From: Armatimonadota bacterium | GTDB taxonomy: Bacteria > Armatimonadota > UBA5829 > DTLH01 | Reading direction: 5' to 3' | Length of the DNA stretch: 64,000 bases | NCBI GenBank assembly: GCA_039680575.1 | Contig: JBDKSP010000011.1 | Coordinates: 1 to 64,000, forward strand | Shown here: in pieces, positions 9,137-17,604 of the stretch | Position numbering within the stretch: position 1 is the first letter of the stretch | Layout of the letters: every line of letters begins with the position of its first letter | Notes under the pieces: generated by a model | The model's input: the letters and a program-made list of their open reading frames with translations, nothing else | Told to the model about the DNA's origin: nothing | Databases searched by the model: none | Translations under genes and position numbers: made by a program

Positions 9137-9736
9137 ATGGTTAAAAAAGGTGTGGGATTGCTGGCTGCAATCCTGCTGCTCTCGCTGATATCGACAGCAG
9201 CGAGCGCATTCTCGTTCGACGATATCCAGCTCTGGGCTGGAAGCGGCAGCAATAAGGCTGCTCTCGTTATAGATTGGAACGACGGCAAAGAGCCGGAATG
9301 TTTGGCTTGGGGTTACAGGTGGGACGGCACAGCAACCGGCAGAGATATGCTTAACGCCGTTAAAAACCTCGATGAAAGATTGAACGAGGTAATTGGAACG
9401 TACGGACAAGCTGCCGTCCTTGGCCTGGGTTACGACCTTGACAGCGATGGCTTTTCCTCGAACGATTCATCCGATCATTATCAGTCGGGCTGGTCGACAT
9501 CAGGATTTTGGAGTTATTGGCTCAAATCCACTACTGATGTGAGCTGGTCATTTTCACACTATGGGATTTCAGGTAGAACACTCTCCGATGGCTGTTGGGA
9601 TGGATGGAGTTTTTCGAAGGGAGTTGCGCCCGATTCTATTACAGCGGCAACTTCTGTTCCCGAACCATCAAGCCTTTTTGCTCTTGTGACCGGAGTTGCT
9701 GGCCTGTTTGGGTTCGGCATCAGACGCAAGAAATAA
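9137..9736 (+). CDS. PEP-CTERM sorting domain protein
   Basis: Signal peptide and C-terminal VPEPSS + transmembrane helix + RRKK. Confidence 0.88.
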   Translation: MVKKGVGLLAAILLLSLISTAASAFSFDDIQLWAGSGSNKAALVIDWNDGKEPECLAWGYRWDGTATGRDMLNAVKNLDERLNEVIGTYGQAAVLGLGYDLDSDGFSSNDSSDHYQSGWSTSGFWSYWLKSTTDVSWSFSHYGISGRTLSDGCWDGWSFSKGVAPDSITAATSVPEPSSLFALVTGVAGLFGFGIRRKK

Positions 9737-9764
9737 TCACAATACTTTGAAGAAGGATAAAAAT

Positions 9765-10418
9765 ATGAAAAGAACAATTGCTCTCGCGCTGCTGATTGTA
9801 TTAGCGGCAGTGCTTGCCGGTTCTTCTGCGAGCGCATTCTCGTTCGACGATATCCAGCTCTGGGCTGGAAGCGGAAGCAATAAGGCTGCTCTCGTTATAG
9901 ATTGGAACGACGGCAAAGAGCCGCAGTCCATGGTGTGGGGCTATCGATGGGATGGGACCGCCACTGGTAAAAACATGTTCGACGCGGTGCTTGCGCTCGA
10001 CAGCAGGCTGTACGCCTCTATGGAATACTGGGAGAGCTATAACAGCTACTCAGTCAACAGTATTAATTATGTATCCGATTCCGCCAATCACTATGCAGAA
10101 GGCATGGCCTCGAGCTACTGGGCATATTACATAGCTGAGACAAACAGCTCTCTCCCAACGAAATGGGATTATTCAGGCTGGGACATATCAGCGCGCCCGC
10201 TAAGTAACGGCTCATGGGATGGATGGAGCTACGCTGCCGATTGGCATTCACCAGAACCGCCAAGTACGCCAACATCTGCCCCGTCAGTACCTGAGCCATC
10301 GGGCATTTTAGCACTTGGAAGCGGCGCGTTGGGACTTATCGGCTTCGTGACCAGGCGTAGAGCAAAACCACAACATGATGGTATAGGTGGACTTGTGCTT
10401 CGCAGACGAATAGATTAG
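9765..10418 (+). CDS. PEP-CTERM sorting domain protein (paralog of the upstream gene)
   Basis: Start at MKRTIAL after AAGGA. VPEPSG + TM + RRR. N-terminal mature region almost identical to the paralog. Confidence 0.88.
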   Translation: MKRTIALALLIVLAAVLAGSSASAFSFDDIQLWAGSGSNKAALVIDWNDGKEPQSMVWGYRWDGTATGKNMFDAVLALDSRLYASMEYWESYNSYSVNSINYVSDSANHYAEGMASSYWAYYIAETNSSLPTKWDYSGWDISARPLSNGSWDGWSYAADWHSPEPPSTPTSAPSVPEPSGILALGSGALGLIGFVTRRRAKPQHDGIGGLVLRRRID

Positions 10419-10434
10419 TAGATTCATCATGCTT

Positions 10435-10462
10435 CGAAGGGCTGGCGCGAACCAGCCCTTCG
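10435..10462. terminator. Hairpin between convergent operons (probable terminator)
   Basis: CGAAGGGCTGG-cgcgaa-CCAGCCCTTCG, an 11-bp stem. Confidence 0.65.
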
Positions 10463-10504
10463 GTATTCAAGTCCACCCGTAGTTATGATACCGCGTCTGG
10501 GAGG

Positions 10505-11653
10505 CTATGACAATCGGAATGCCCGTCTCACAGCCCAATATGCCCAAAGCAGCGCGAATGGAATCCATATTAAAATGACAAAAAAGTGTTGTGAAAGCAG
10601 GGCTGCTGGTGCTCCAATCAAACTGGCCTTTCGGGCAATTGCAACAAAGTGTGTGAGAGGAAGAGTATAAGCCAAATGCTGCAAAAACCGGGGCATTGCG
10701 CAAACAGGCCATGTTGCGCCGGTCAGCATGAAAAGAGGGACGGATAATATAAGCAATACCTGTGCTGACAAAAGTGAGCTTTTACATATTCCTGCCATTC
10801 CAAACCCTGCAAGGATTTTCACCACGATGAACACTGCTGTCGCTGTCAGCATTACTGCCCATGCACCATGATATGGACAGTGAAACAGTCCGAATGGAAC
10901 ATAAGATCCGGCAAAAGCCAGAGGAACCATTATCAGCGCATGCGCGCCTGTTTTCCCAAGCAGTGCTACAAATGGACTTTTACATGTCTGCCGGAGTTGT
11001 CGACGCCGTTCAGTTCCGTAATCCTGGCATAAGGCAATGGATGCGCCAAGCATAGTAACCTGCTGAAGGGCAATACATACTAAGCCAATCAGTAAAAATG
11101 CACTGTAATTGTAACTTGGATTAAACAATGGTCTGAACTCAGCTTGTATGGGAGCTGATTCAGACATAAGGCTGCTTTTTGGTACTCCGCCCATCATCAG
11201 GCGTTTCATTCTTACTCTCGTTCCGAATGTTGCGATGACTGTTTTTGCTGATCTTCCGGTCACATTGCTGATAAGCAGATTGCTTCCGTCCATCAAAACA
11301 GCAACAGTGACCGCCTTACCCTTTCTTATATCATGCTCGAAATCATGAGGTATGACGAGACAGATATATGCCTCGCCACGCTTGACATATTCTTCAAAAT
11401 CGCCTTCGGTCTGACTCAATGCGACGATATGCAGGCTATCCGATGCTCTTACATCGCTGATAAGTTCCCGAGATAGAGACGAATGGTCCTGATCTACAAT
11501 TAGCGTTCCAATTTGCCGGACACGACCGCCTAGATAAACTCCGCCGAAGATCAGCCCGTAGAAAAACGGACCACAGAGCATTATAAGAAAAATGCGCCTG
11601 TCGCTGAAAATCGTCTTCAATTCGCGGTGTAACACACGAAGAAATGACTTCAT
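10505..11653 (-). CDS. ABC-2 type permease (YbhR/YhhJ-like)
   Basis: RELK, VDQDHS.LSR, FNPSYNY, TWPVCAMP, PLTHF. Confidence 0.85.
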   Translation of the reverse strand: MKSFLRVLHRELKTIFSDRRIFLIMLCGPFFYGLIFGGVYLGGRVRQIGTLIVDQDHSSLSRELISDVRASDSLHIVALSQTEGDFEEYVKRGEAYICLVIPHDFEHDIRKGKAVTVAVLMDGSNLLISNVTGRSAKTVIATFGTRVRMKRLMMGGVPKSSLMSESAPIQAEFRPLFNPSYNYSAFLLIGLVCIALQQVTMLGASIALCQDYGTERRRQLRQTCKSPFVALLGKTGAHALIMVPLAFAGSYVPFGLFHCPYHGAWAVMLTATAVFIVVKILAGFGMAGICKSSLLSAQVLLILSVPLFMLTGATWPVCAMPRFLQHLAYTLPLTHFVAIARKASLIGAPAALLSQHFFVILIWIPFALLWAYWAVRRAFRLS

Positions 11654-12834
11654 TGCTGTGCCTCCACAGGAACAGTATCAGCATGCATTAATTTTCTAGC
11701 GCCCAGATACGCCGCAGTTATTGCAATAATCGACCATATTCCCAGGCCGGTCATCTGCACTCCAAGGTCACTTATCGTTGCGCCCATCATGGTTATCTTA
11801 CGCACCAGTATCACATAGTAACTTAATGGCAATGAGTATGCGACGATACGCATAACAAGCGGCATTGCGAAAACCGGCCATGTATTGCCGGAAAGCAGAT
11901 AGGATGGCATTACCACTACCGCGAACACTTCCGTCGTCATCAGGGAATCACCGATCAGTGATGAAAGACCTATTCCAAATAAGATCCAGACAGAAAGGAA
12001 CCACGCAGTCATCCCTGTCAGCAGCCACAGATCACCGATCATGGGAGCGCCTACCATTAGGGTAGGGATAGCCAGTGCCAGCATTGAGACGGGGAGCATT
12101 ATGATTATATATGGTATGGCTTTTCCGATGATTACTGCCAACGGTGAATGTGTGATCGACCTGAGCCTGGCAAGTGTGCCATCTTCAAATTCCCTTGCTC
12201 CGCATCGAGCTACCAAAAGAACCGTCAACAGTTGGATTGATACGACGACGAACCCGACCAGCATGAAGTTTGCATAGTTGTAGTTCAAAGACGGATTGAA
12301 CAATACTCTGCTTTCTGATCGAACAGGTTGGACAACCGACATCGCTGAACTCGCGGATGCTCTTCCTCGCAGCAGTGATTTTCTTATATCGACACCCACA
12401 GAGTATGTACCGATGATCGATGATGCGCTGTTGATGGCGACATTGCCGATAAGTATGTTGCTCGCGTCAACCCACACAGCCACTTTGCTGCCTCGCCCCG
12501 ATTTTACATCTCGCTCGAAATGATAGGGGAAGACAAAAGATATATTGGACTTGTCTGTTGCTGCCTGCGCTGGAAAATCATCTGTAGAATCGCTGTACTG
12601 CGCCAACCGGAATGTCTCTGATGCCAGAATGCCCCTTGTGATCTCGCGTGACAGGGCTGAATTATCCTGATCCACTATTGTAACAGGGAGATTTGTCACT
12701 TTCTTGTTCCAATAGACTGTTCCGAAGAACAATGCGTAAGCAATCGGAACAAGAATCGCAAGGGCAAACATGCTGCGCAAATGAAATATAGCACGAAATT
12801 CCCGCAGCATAACATTCCATATTGTTCGTAACAT
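11650..12834 (-). CDS. ABC-2 type permease (YbhS/YhhJ-like)
   Basis: REFR, VDQDNS.LSR, FNPSLNY, SGNTWPVFAMP. Start codon uncertain (12834 or 12846). Confidence 0.85.
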   Translation of the reverse strand: MLRTIWNVMLREFRAIFHLRSMFALAILVPIAYALFFGTVYWNKKVTNLPVTIVDQDNSALSREITRGILASETFRLAQYSDSTDDFPAQAATDKSNISFVFPYHFERDVKSGRGSKVAVWVDASNILIGNVAINSASSIIGTYSVGVDIRKSLLRGRASASSAMSVVQPVRSESRVLFNPSLNYNYANFMLVGFVVVSIQLLTVLLVARCGAREFEDGTLARLRSITHSPLAVIIGKAIPYIIIMLPVSMLALAIPTLMVGAPMIGDLWLLTGMTAWFLSVWILFGIGLSSLIGDSLMTTEVFAVVVMPSYLLSGNTWPVFAMPLVMRIVAYSLPLSYYVILVRKITMMGATISDLGVQMTGLGIWSIIAITAAYLGARKLMHADTVPVEAQQ

Positions 12835-12948
12835 AGCGTGTTCCATTCCCCTGGGCAAGTTATATGAACCAGGCGTATCCGATTGTCAGTGCGGTAATGT
12901 TCAGACCATGATTCGGATAATCCGGATTTACATGTTCAACTGCGCTCA

Positions 12949-14184
12949 TTATCTTCCGACTTTCTGCATATATGGCAAACGGACTCGTGCAGTCATGCCG
13001 GTTCTCAGTTCAGGACAATCCTCCGTAATGCGGACAACAACTTCTATCGATCTGACATCGTAAGAGTTTTGCTCATTAGTTGCTTTCTTTGTAGCGAAAT
13101 CCGCTGCTTGCGATATCCGGGCAACTCTACCGCGTATTTTCTTGTTATTCAGGGCTGGGATTATCACCTGGACATCGTTACCCAACTGCAATTTTCCGAA
13201 CTTGGACTCATCCGCGAATACCTTAACCTTGAAGTCCTTGCTCTTAACCAGTGTAAGCACCGGGAAACCGGCGGATACCATTTCGCCGGTCTCGGACATT
13301 TTCTGCGACACATAACCAGTAATTGGCGATACGATCCTGGTTTCATCCTGATATGCCTGGGCTTCATTGAGCTGTCCTTTCGCTGCTGAAGCCTTATATG
13401 ACGCAGCGACAACATCCTGCGCGCGAAGAGACACTTGCAGTGCACTATCCTGAGCAAGTTGCAGAGCCGCCTGAGCTGCCTTTACGCCTTCGCGTGCCTG
13501 TTGGATTTCCTCCGGCCTCGCGCCTTCCTTAACAAGACTCAGTTTTGCCTGCGCAGCCTCCATCTGGGCTTTAGCCGATTTGTATTGGAACGCGATCTCA
13601 TCTTCTTTTTGCTCAGGAATCACTCCATCCTTATACAGCCCGTTAAATCTATCGTATGTGCGTTTTGCTGTTTCGTAAGCCGCGGTTGCCTGTTCGACTG
13701 CCTTCTGAGCCGCCTCGATCTCCTGTTTGCGCGCACCATTCAAAGCCATAGCAAGCTTGGCCTTTGCAGCTTTATAACCGGCTTTTGCCTGCTCGACCTG
13801 ATCCTGAACGGTTTTTGACTGTAAATCCACTGCAATTCGGGCTTGTGAGTGCTGAACCTGTGCAGCCTGATACATTCCCGAAGCCTGTTCGACCTTCGCG
13901 CTGGTCTCCTTCGATTCTAGTACCACGAGCGTCTCACCCGCCCTGACAGGATCACCCTCATCGAGGTTCAATACGCTGATTCTGCCGGGGATTTTCGATG
14001 AGACATCAACCTCGTCAGCCTCCAGAGTTCCCTCAAGAGTTGCATAACTGTTCGCGTTCTTTGCAGGAATCGCAACTCGGGGCGAATTGTGTTTGATGAG
14101 CGCGATCATTGCAATCAATAGCGCGATAACCAGGGCAATTCCTATGACCGCTGCCTTGAAATTTCGGCTTGCTGATCTCATCAC
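12949..14184 (-). CDS. HlyD-family membrane fusion protein (YbhG-like)
   Basis: N-terminal TM, VSSKIPGRI, long coiled coil with GAR.EEI, SPITG, LRTGM. Confidence 0.88.
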   Translation of the reverse strand: MMRSASRNFKAAVIGIALVIALLIAMIALIKHNSPRVAIPAKNANSYATLEGTLEADEVDVSSKIPGRISVLNLDEGDPVRAGETLVVLESKETSAKVEQASGMYQAAQVQHSQARIAVDLQSKTVQDQVEQAKAGYKAAKAKLAMALNGARKQEIEAAQKAVEQATAAYETAKRTYDRFNGLYKDGVIPEQKEDEIAFQYKSAKAQMEAAQAKLSLVKEGARPEEIQQAREGVKAAQAALQLAQDSALQVSLRAQDVVAASYKASAAKGQLNEAQAYQDETRIVSPITGYVSQKMSETGEMVSAGFPVLTLVKSKDFKVKVFADESKFGKLQLGNDVQVIIPALNNKKIRGRVARISQAADFATKKATNEQNSYDVRSIEVVVRITEDCPELRTGMTARVRLPYMQKVGR

Positions 14185-15548
14185 TGCTTCATCTCCTTAC
14201 TCACCTCGATTATGTCCCCCATATATCGGTGCAGAGTCAGGTATGCCCGTTCCAATATATATGTAGATTGGCATATGCCTAAATCGGCGGATGATAGCGC
14301 TACGTTTGCGTCAATTACTTCCAGGCTTGTGCCTGTACCGACTTCGAATCGCTTTCTAGCTAACCTGAGACTTTCTTGGGCCAACTCCTTTGCCTTTCGT
14401 GATGATTCAAGTGCGCTTTTTGCGGAATCCATATCGAGGTATGAACTTTGAATAGCCAGCTTGATCTGGTTCTGCGTTTCTTCCTTGTCAAGAAGCGTTT
14501 GCTTTTGTTCTGACGCTTTTTGAGCGGCCTTGGCCTTGGTCACTCCGCCATTGAATATATCCATTGTCACTCTTACTCCGACAGTCCATGCCGGGTCTGT
14601 TTGAGCTATGTTTCCCCTGAGCAGTTCAGCTTCACTTATGCCGGTCACCTGAGGCTTCGCGCTGGCCTTTTCGAACTTCTCCGCGGACATCTCTGACTGA
14701 GCCTTAAACCCAAGCGCTTTCAGCAGGCTGTTTTCGCTCATAGCCTGGTTCTGAGCCTGCGCAAGCGGTAATGGTTCCGATATTTCATATAAAGCGGCAT
14801 TGAGTTGGATTGCAGTGTCTTGAGGAAGTAATAAAATACTACGAAGCGCTGCTAATGCAAGTTCATGCTGGTTTTTTGACTCTGTGAGTCTTTTTTCTTG
14901 CTCCTTTACGGCTGTCTCTGCGCGTATAACGTCGTATTTGGCGACCACACCAGCAGCGTAAGCCTTTTGAGCATCATCTAAATGCTTCTTGTAGGAGTCC
15001 AGTGCCTGTTGATTGACATCGATAACCTGCCTGGTCAATAGAGCAGCCAGAAATATCGAGTTGGCTTGATATACTACGTTTGCGGTTGTGTCGCCGGCAA
15101 GCGCTTCGTAAGCGCTTACGCCGGCTTCAGCCTGGGCTGCCGCATAGTCCAACATGCCGCTTGTATAGATGGGATAACCAGCTTCCAGTCTCAAATGTAT
15201 CAGGTCCTGCGGAGCAACTTCCACGGGCGGCACCGCTAATGATTGGCCGCCCAACACCGGCACCTGAGATGGAATAGTTACTGAAGGACTGGCAATAGAG
15301 ATAATATCATTCAGCCTGAGATACTCAGCCGCTATTCCGATTTTGCCAGCTTGGTAACCCTTGGCTTCCTTCAATGCCTGGCGTCCGGTCTCGATATTCT
15401 GTTTGGCGGAATTCACAATCAGGCTTCGGCTCGCCGCCATCTCTGTCACACTGCCGAAATCAAGCACAACAGGGGTATCTGTGCTCGCATATAAAGGCGT
15501 TCCGACAAAAAGTGCTGCGCAAATCAATACAATCATCTTTTTCATCAT
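14181..15548 (-). CDS. TolC-family outer membrane efflux protein
   Basis: Signal peptide, PIYTSG, DIFNGG, RFEVG.GTSLEVIDA. Confidence 0.88.
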   Translation of the reverse strand: MMKKMIVLICAALFVGTPLYASTDTPVVLDFGSVTEMAASRSLIVNSAKQNIETGRQALKEAKGYQAGKIGIAAEYLRLNDIISIASPSVTIPSQVPVLGGQSLAVPPVEVAPQDLIHLRLEAGYPIYTSGMLDYAAAQAEAGVSAYEALAGDTTANVVYQANSIFLAALLTRQVIDVNQQALDSYKKHLDDAQKAYAAGVVAKYDVIRAETAVKEQEKRLTESKNQHELALAALRSILLLPQDTAIQLNAALYEISEPLPLAQAQNQAMSENSLLKALGFKAQSEMSAEKFEKASAKPQVTGISEAELLRGNIAQTDPAWTVGVRVTMDIFNGGVTKAKAAQKASEQKQTLLDKEETQNQIKLAIQSSYLDMDSAKSALESSRKAKELAQESLRLARKRFEVGTGTSLEVIDANVALSSADLGICQSTYILERAYLTLHRYMGDIIEVSKEMKQ

Positions 15549-15599
15549 TACAACTCCAACAACAATCAGACGCGAATGCAGTTCTTTACATAGCATGCA

Positions 15600-15791
15600 T
15601 CAGGAAAAGTCCTTCAAGGCATCGATCTTCATAAGGACAACCCCTTTTGATAACTGGTGCCTTATTATAAACAGCCAGTCCCCCTCTTTGATCCCGAGTT
15701 CAGCTCGCGCCTTGGCGGGGATTATTATCTGTCCGTGTTTTCCTATTCTCGCTGTGCCATAGAATGCTGCAGCCAACCCACTCTCATCCAT
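15600..15791 (-). CDS. AbrB/MazE/SpoVT-family DNA-binding protein
   Basis: FYGTARIGKHGQIIIPAKARAELGIKEGD is a SpoVT-AbrB signature. GGAGG precedes ATG 15791. Confidence 0.8.
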   Translation of the reverse strand: MDESGLAAAFYGTARIGKHGQIIIPAKARAELGIKEGDWLFIIRHQLSKGVVLMKIDALKDFS

Positions 15792-15922
15792 ATTAGCCTC
15801 CATCATTAAGCCTGCTTTATGGCCCACAATGTGATGGTAGCACAGCACTAGAAACAAGGCAAATTGCTATTTCATATTGAACTCTATATAATACCGTTAT
15901 GGAATAGCCAGGAGGCAAAAGG

Positions 15923-17539
15923 GTGAGAGCAGCAGACCTTAAGTTGAATGAACTAGTGGGTTTTTCAAAAGCGCAGCTCATGTTTCTAGACCGTCGGCTG
16001 ATAGTGAGCGATTTGCGCGCGTTCGTTCAGTTTGTAAGAGATCTTCTTGATATGGTCGGTGCAGAGCATGCCAGACGAATACTCACAAGGTATGGTTACT
16101 TTTGGGGGCAGGTTGATGCTCAGGCAATGAAGCGTCTTTTTCAATGGGATAGTCTGGAAGAGTTACTAAAGGCAGGGATGCGGCTGCAGAGTATGCAGGG
16201 GATTGGAAAGGTAGTCGGGACAGCGCCTTTGCTGGACACAGAGAATGGCCGCTACCAAATGGAGGTAATCTGGTATAATTCCGGGGCGGCTGAATACTAC
16301 ATGGACGAAATTGGCATTACATCTCATCCTGTTTGCTGGGTCAACACAGGCTATTCCACTGGATATGTGTCGTGTTGTGTCGATAAACCGGTCTACTTCA
16401 TTGAGCGTGAGTGCAAAGGCAAGGGCGACGACCACTGCGTGGCGGTAGGAGCAGACGCAGACACTTGGGGTACGGAATTGGAACCTTATCTACAGTACTT
16501 CCAGGCTGATGATATTCAAGGGAAGATCAAAAGATTGACTGCGGAACTAATGCAGAAGAATGTCGAGCTTGAAGACCAGCGCAAACAGCGTTCGGATATG
16601 CATAGAAGCCACAGCGGAACAGAGGTGCCTCTAGGTTGCAGCGAATCTTACAAAAGGATAATCAAACAGGTAACACATGCTGCACCACTCATATCTCCAG
16701 TCCTCATAACAGGAGAAGCGGGTGTAGGAAAGCATTATATTACTCGTATGCTTTGTCGATTGTCTCATAGTGCAGCGGCACCATTGCAGGTTATACACTG
16801 CGGTGTCTTGTCGGGAACACTTCTGGATAGCGAACTCTTTGGACACGCAGCAGGTGCGTTTCCCGGAGTTGACCACGAAATAGCCGGTCTGCTTGAAGCC
16901 GGTAATGGTGGTACTGTGCTTATTGATGAGATTGAACACACATCTCCTGCCGCACAGCTAAAAATACTGAGAGCCATAGAGTCTGGTGAAGTCGTGCGGT
17001 TGGGCGAAATTGTTCCAAGGCAGACAAACGTGAGGATTATTGCTTCCAGTGAGACTGAATTGGCTGAATTGGTCAGGCAGGGGAAGTTTCGCAGTGAACT
17101 TTACTACCAGTTGAGCTCGATACAGATCAATATTCCTCCTCTTCGGAACCGCCGAGAGGACATCCTGCCTATGGCTCGCGCAATTCTTAGGGATCAATGC
17201 AGTAAGCTTAATCTGTGCAATATGAAACTGGATGTGACATGTCTAGACTATTTTCTGAAATATGATTGGCCCGGGAACGTCCGCGAACTGGAATATGTTG
17301 TCACCCGAGCCGCATTGCTGGCCAAGAAAGGTGTGATTACGCCGGAATGCCTGCCCGAATATATGCTGGGAACGGACTTGCGGCACTGCTCAACAAAATA
17401 CCTGACCCTGGATCAGGTAGAACGCGAACATATTAGGTCAGTATTGAGAAGTGTAGGAGGTAATAAAACACGTGCAGCGGAAGTGCTTGGAATTGGCTTG
17501 ACAACACTCTGGAGAAAGCTTAAAGATATAGGGGATTAG
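15923..17539 (+). CDS. XylR/DmpR-type regulator (XylR_N, V4R, AAA+, Fis-HTH) with degenerate GAFTGA
   Basis: N-terminal XylR_N/V4R (CWVNTGY, EREC.GKGDDHC), ITGEAGVGK, ELFGH, WPGNVREL, GNKTRAAEVLGI. Confidence 0.88.
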   Translation: MRAADLKLNELVGFSKAQLMFLDRRLIVSDLRAFVQFVRDLLDMVGAEHARRILTRYGYFWGQVDAQAMKRLFQWDSLEELLKAGMRLQSMQGIGKVVGTAPLLDTENGRYQMEVIWYNSGAAEYYMDEIGITSHPVCWVNTGYSTGYVSCCVDKPVYFIERECKGKGDDHCVAVGADADTWGTELEPYLQYFQADDIQGKIKRLTAELMQKNVELEDQRKQRSDMHRSHSGTEVPLGCSESYKRIIKQVTHAAPLISPVLITGEAGVGKHYITRMLCRLSHSAAAPLQVIHCGVLSGTLLDSELFGHAAGAFPGVDHEIAGLLEAGNGGTVLIDEIEHTSPAAQLKILRAIESGEVVRLGEIVPRQTNVRIIASSETELAELVRQGKFRSELYYQLSSIQINIPPLRNRREDILPMARAILRDQCSKLNLCNMKLDVTCLDYFLKYDWPGNVRELEYVVTRAALLAKKGVITPECLPEYMLGTDLRHCSTKYLTLDQVEREHIRSVLRSVGGNKTRAAEVLGIGLTTLWRKLKDIGD

Positions 17540-17604
17540 AACGAACGGTAAACCAACTGCAATCAGACCGTTCATAACAGGAGACTAAGCGTTGATTTAC
17601 GTCC

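Noticed and set aside
15800..15920. Sigma54 -24/-12 promoter for the XylR-like regulator's target
   Set aside because: No convincing TGGCAC-N5-TTGC on either strand.
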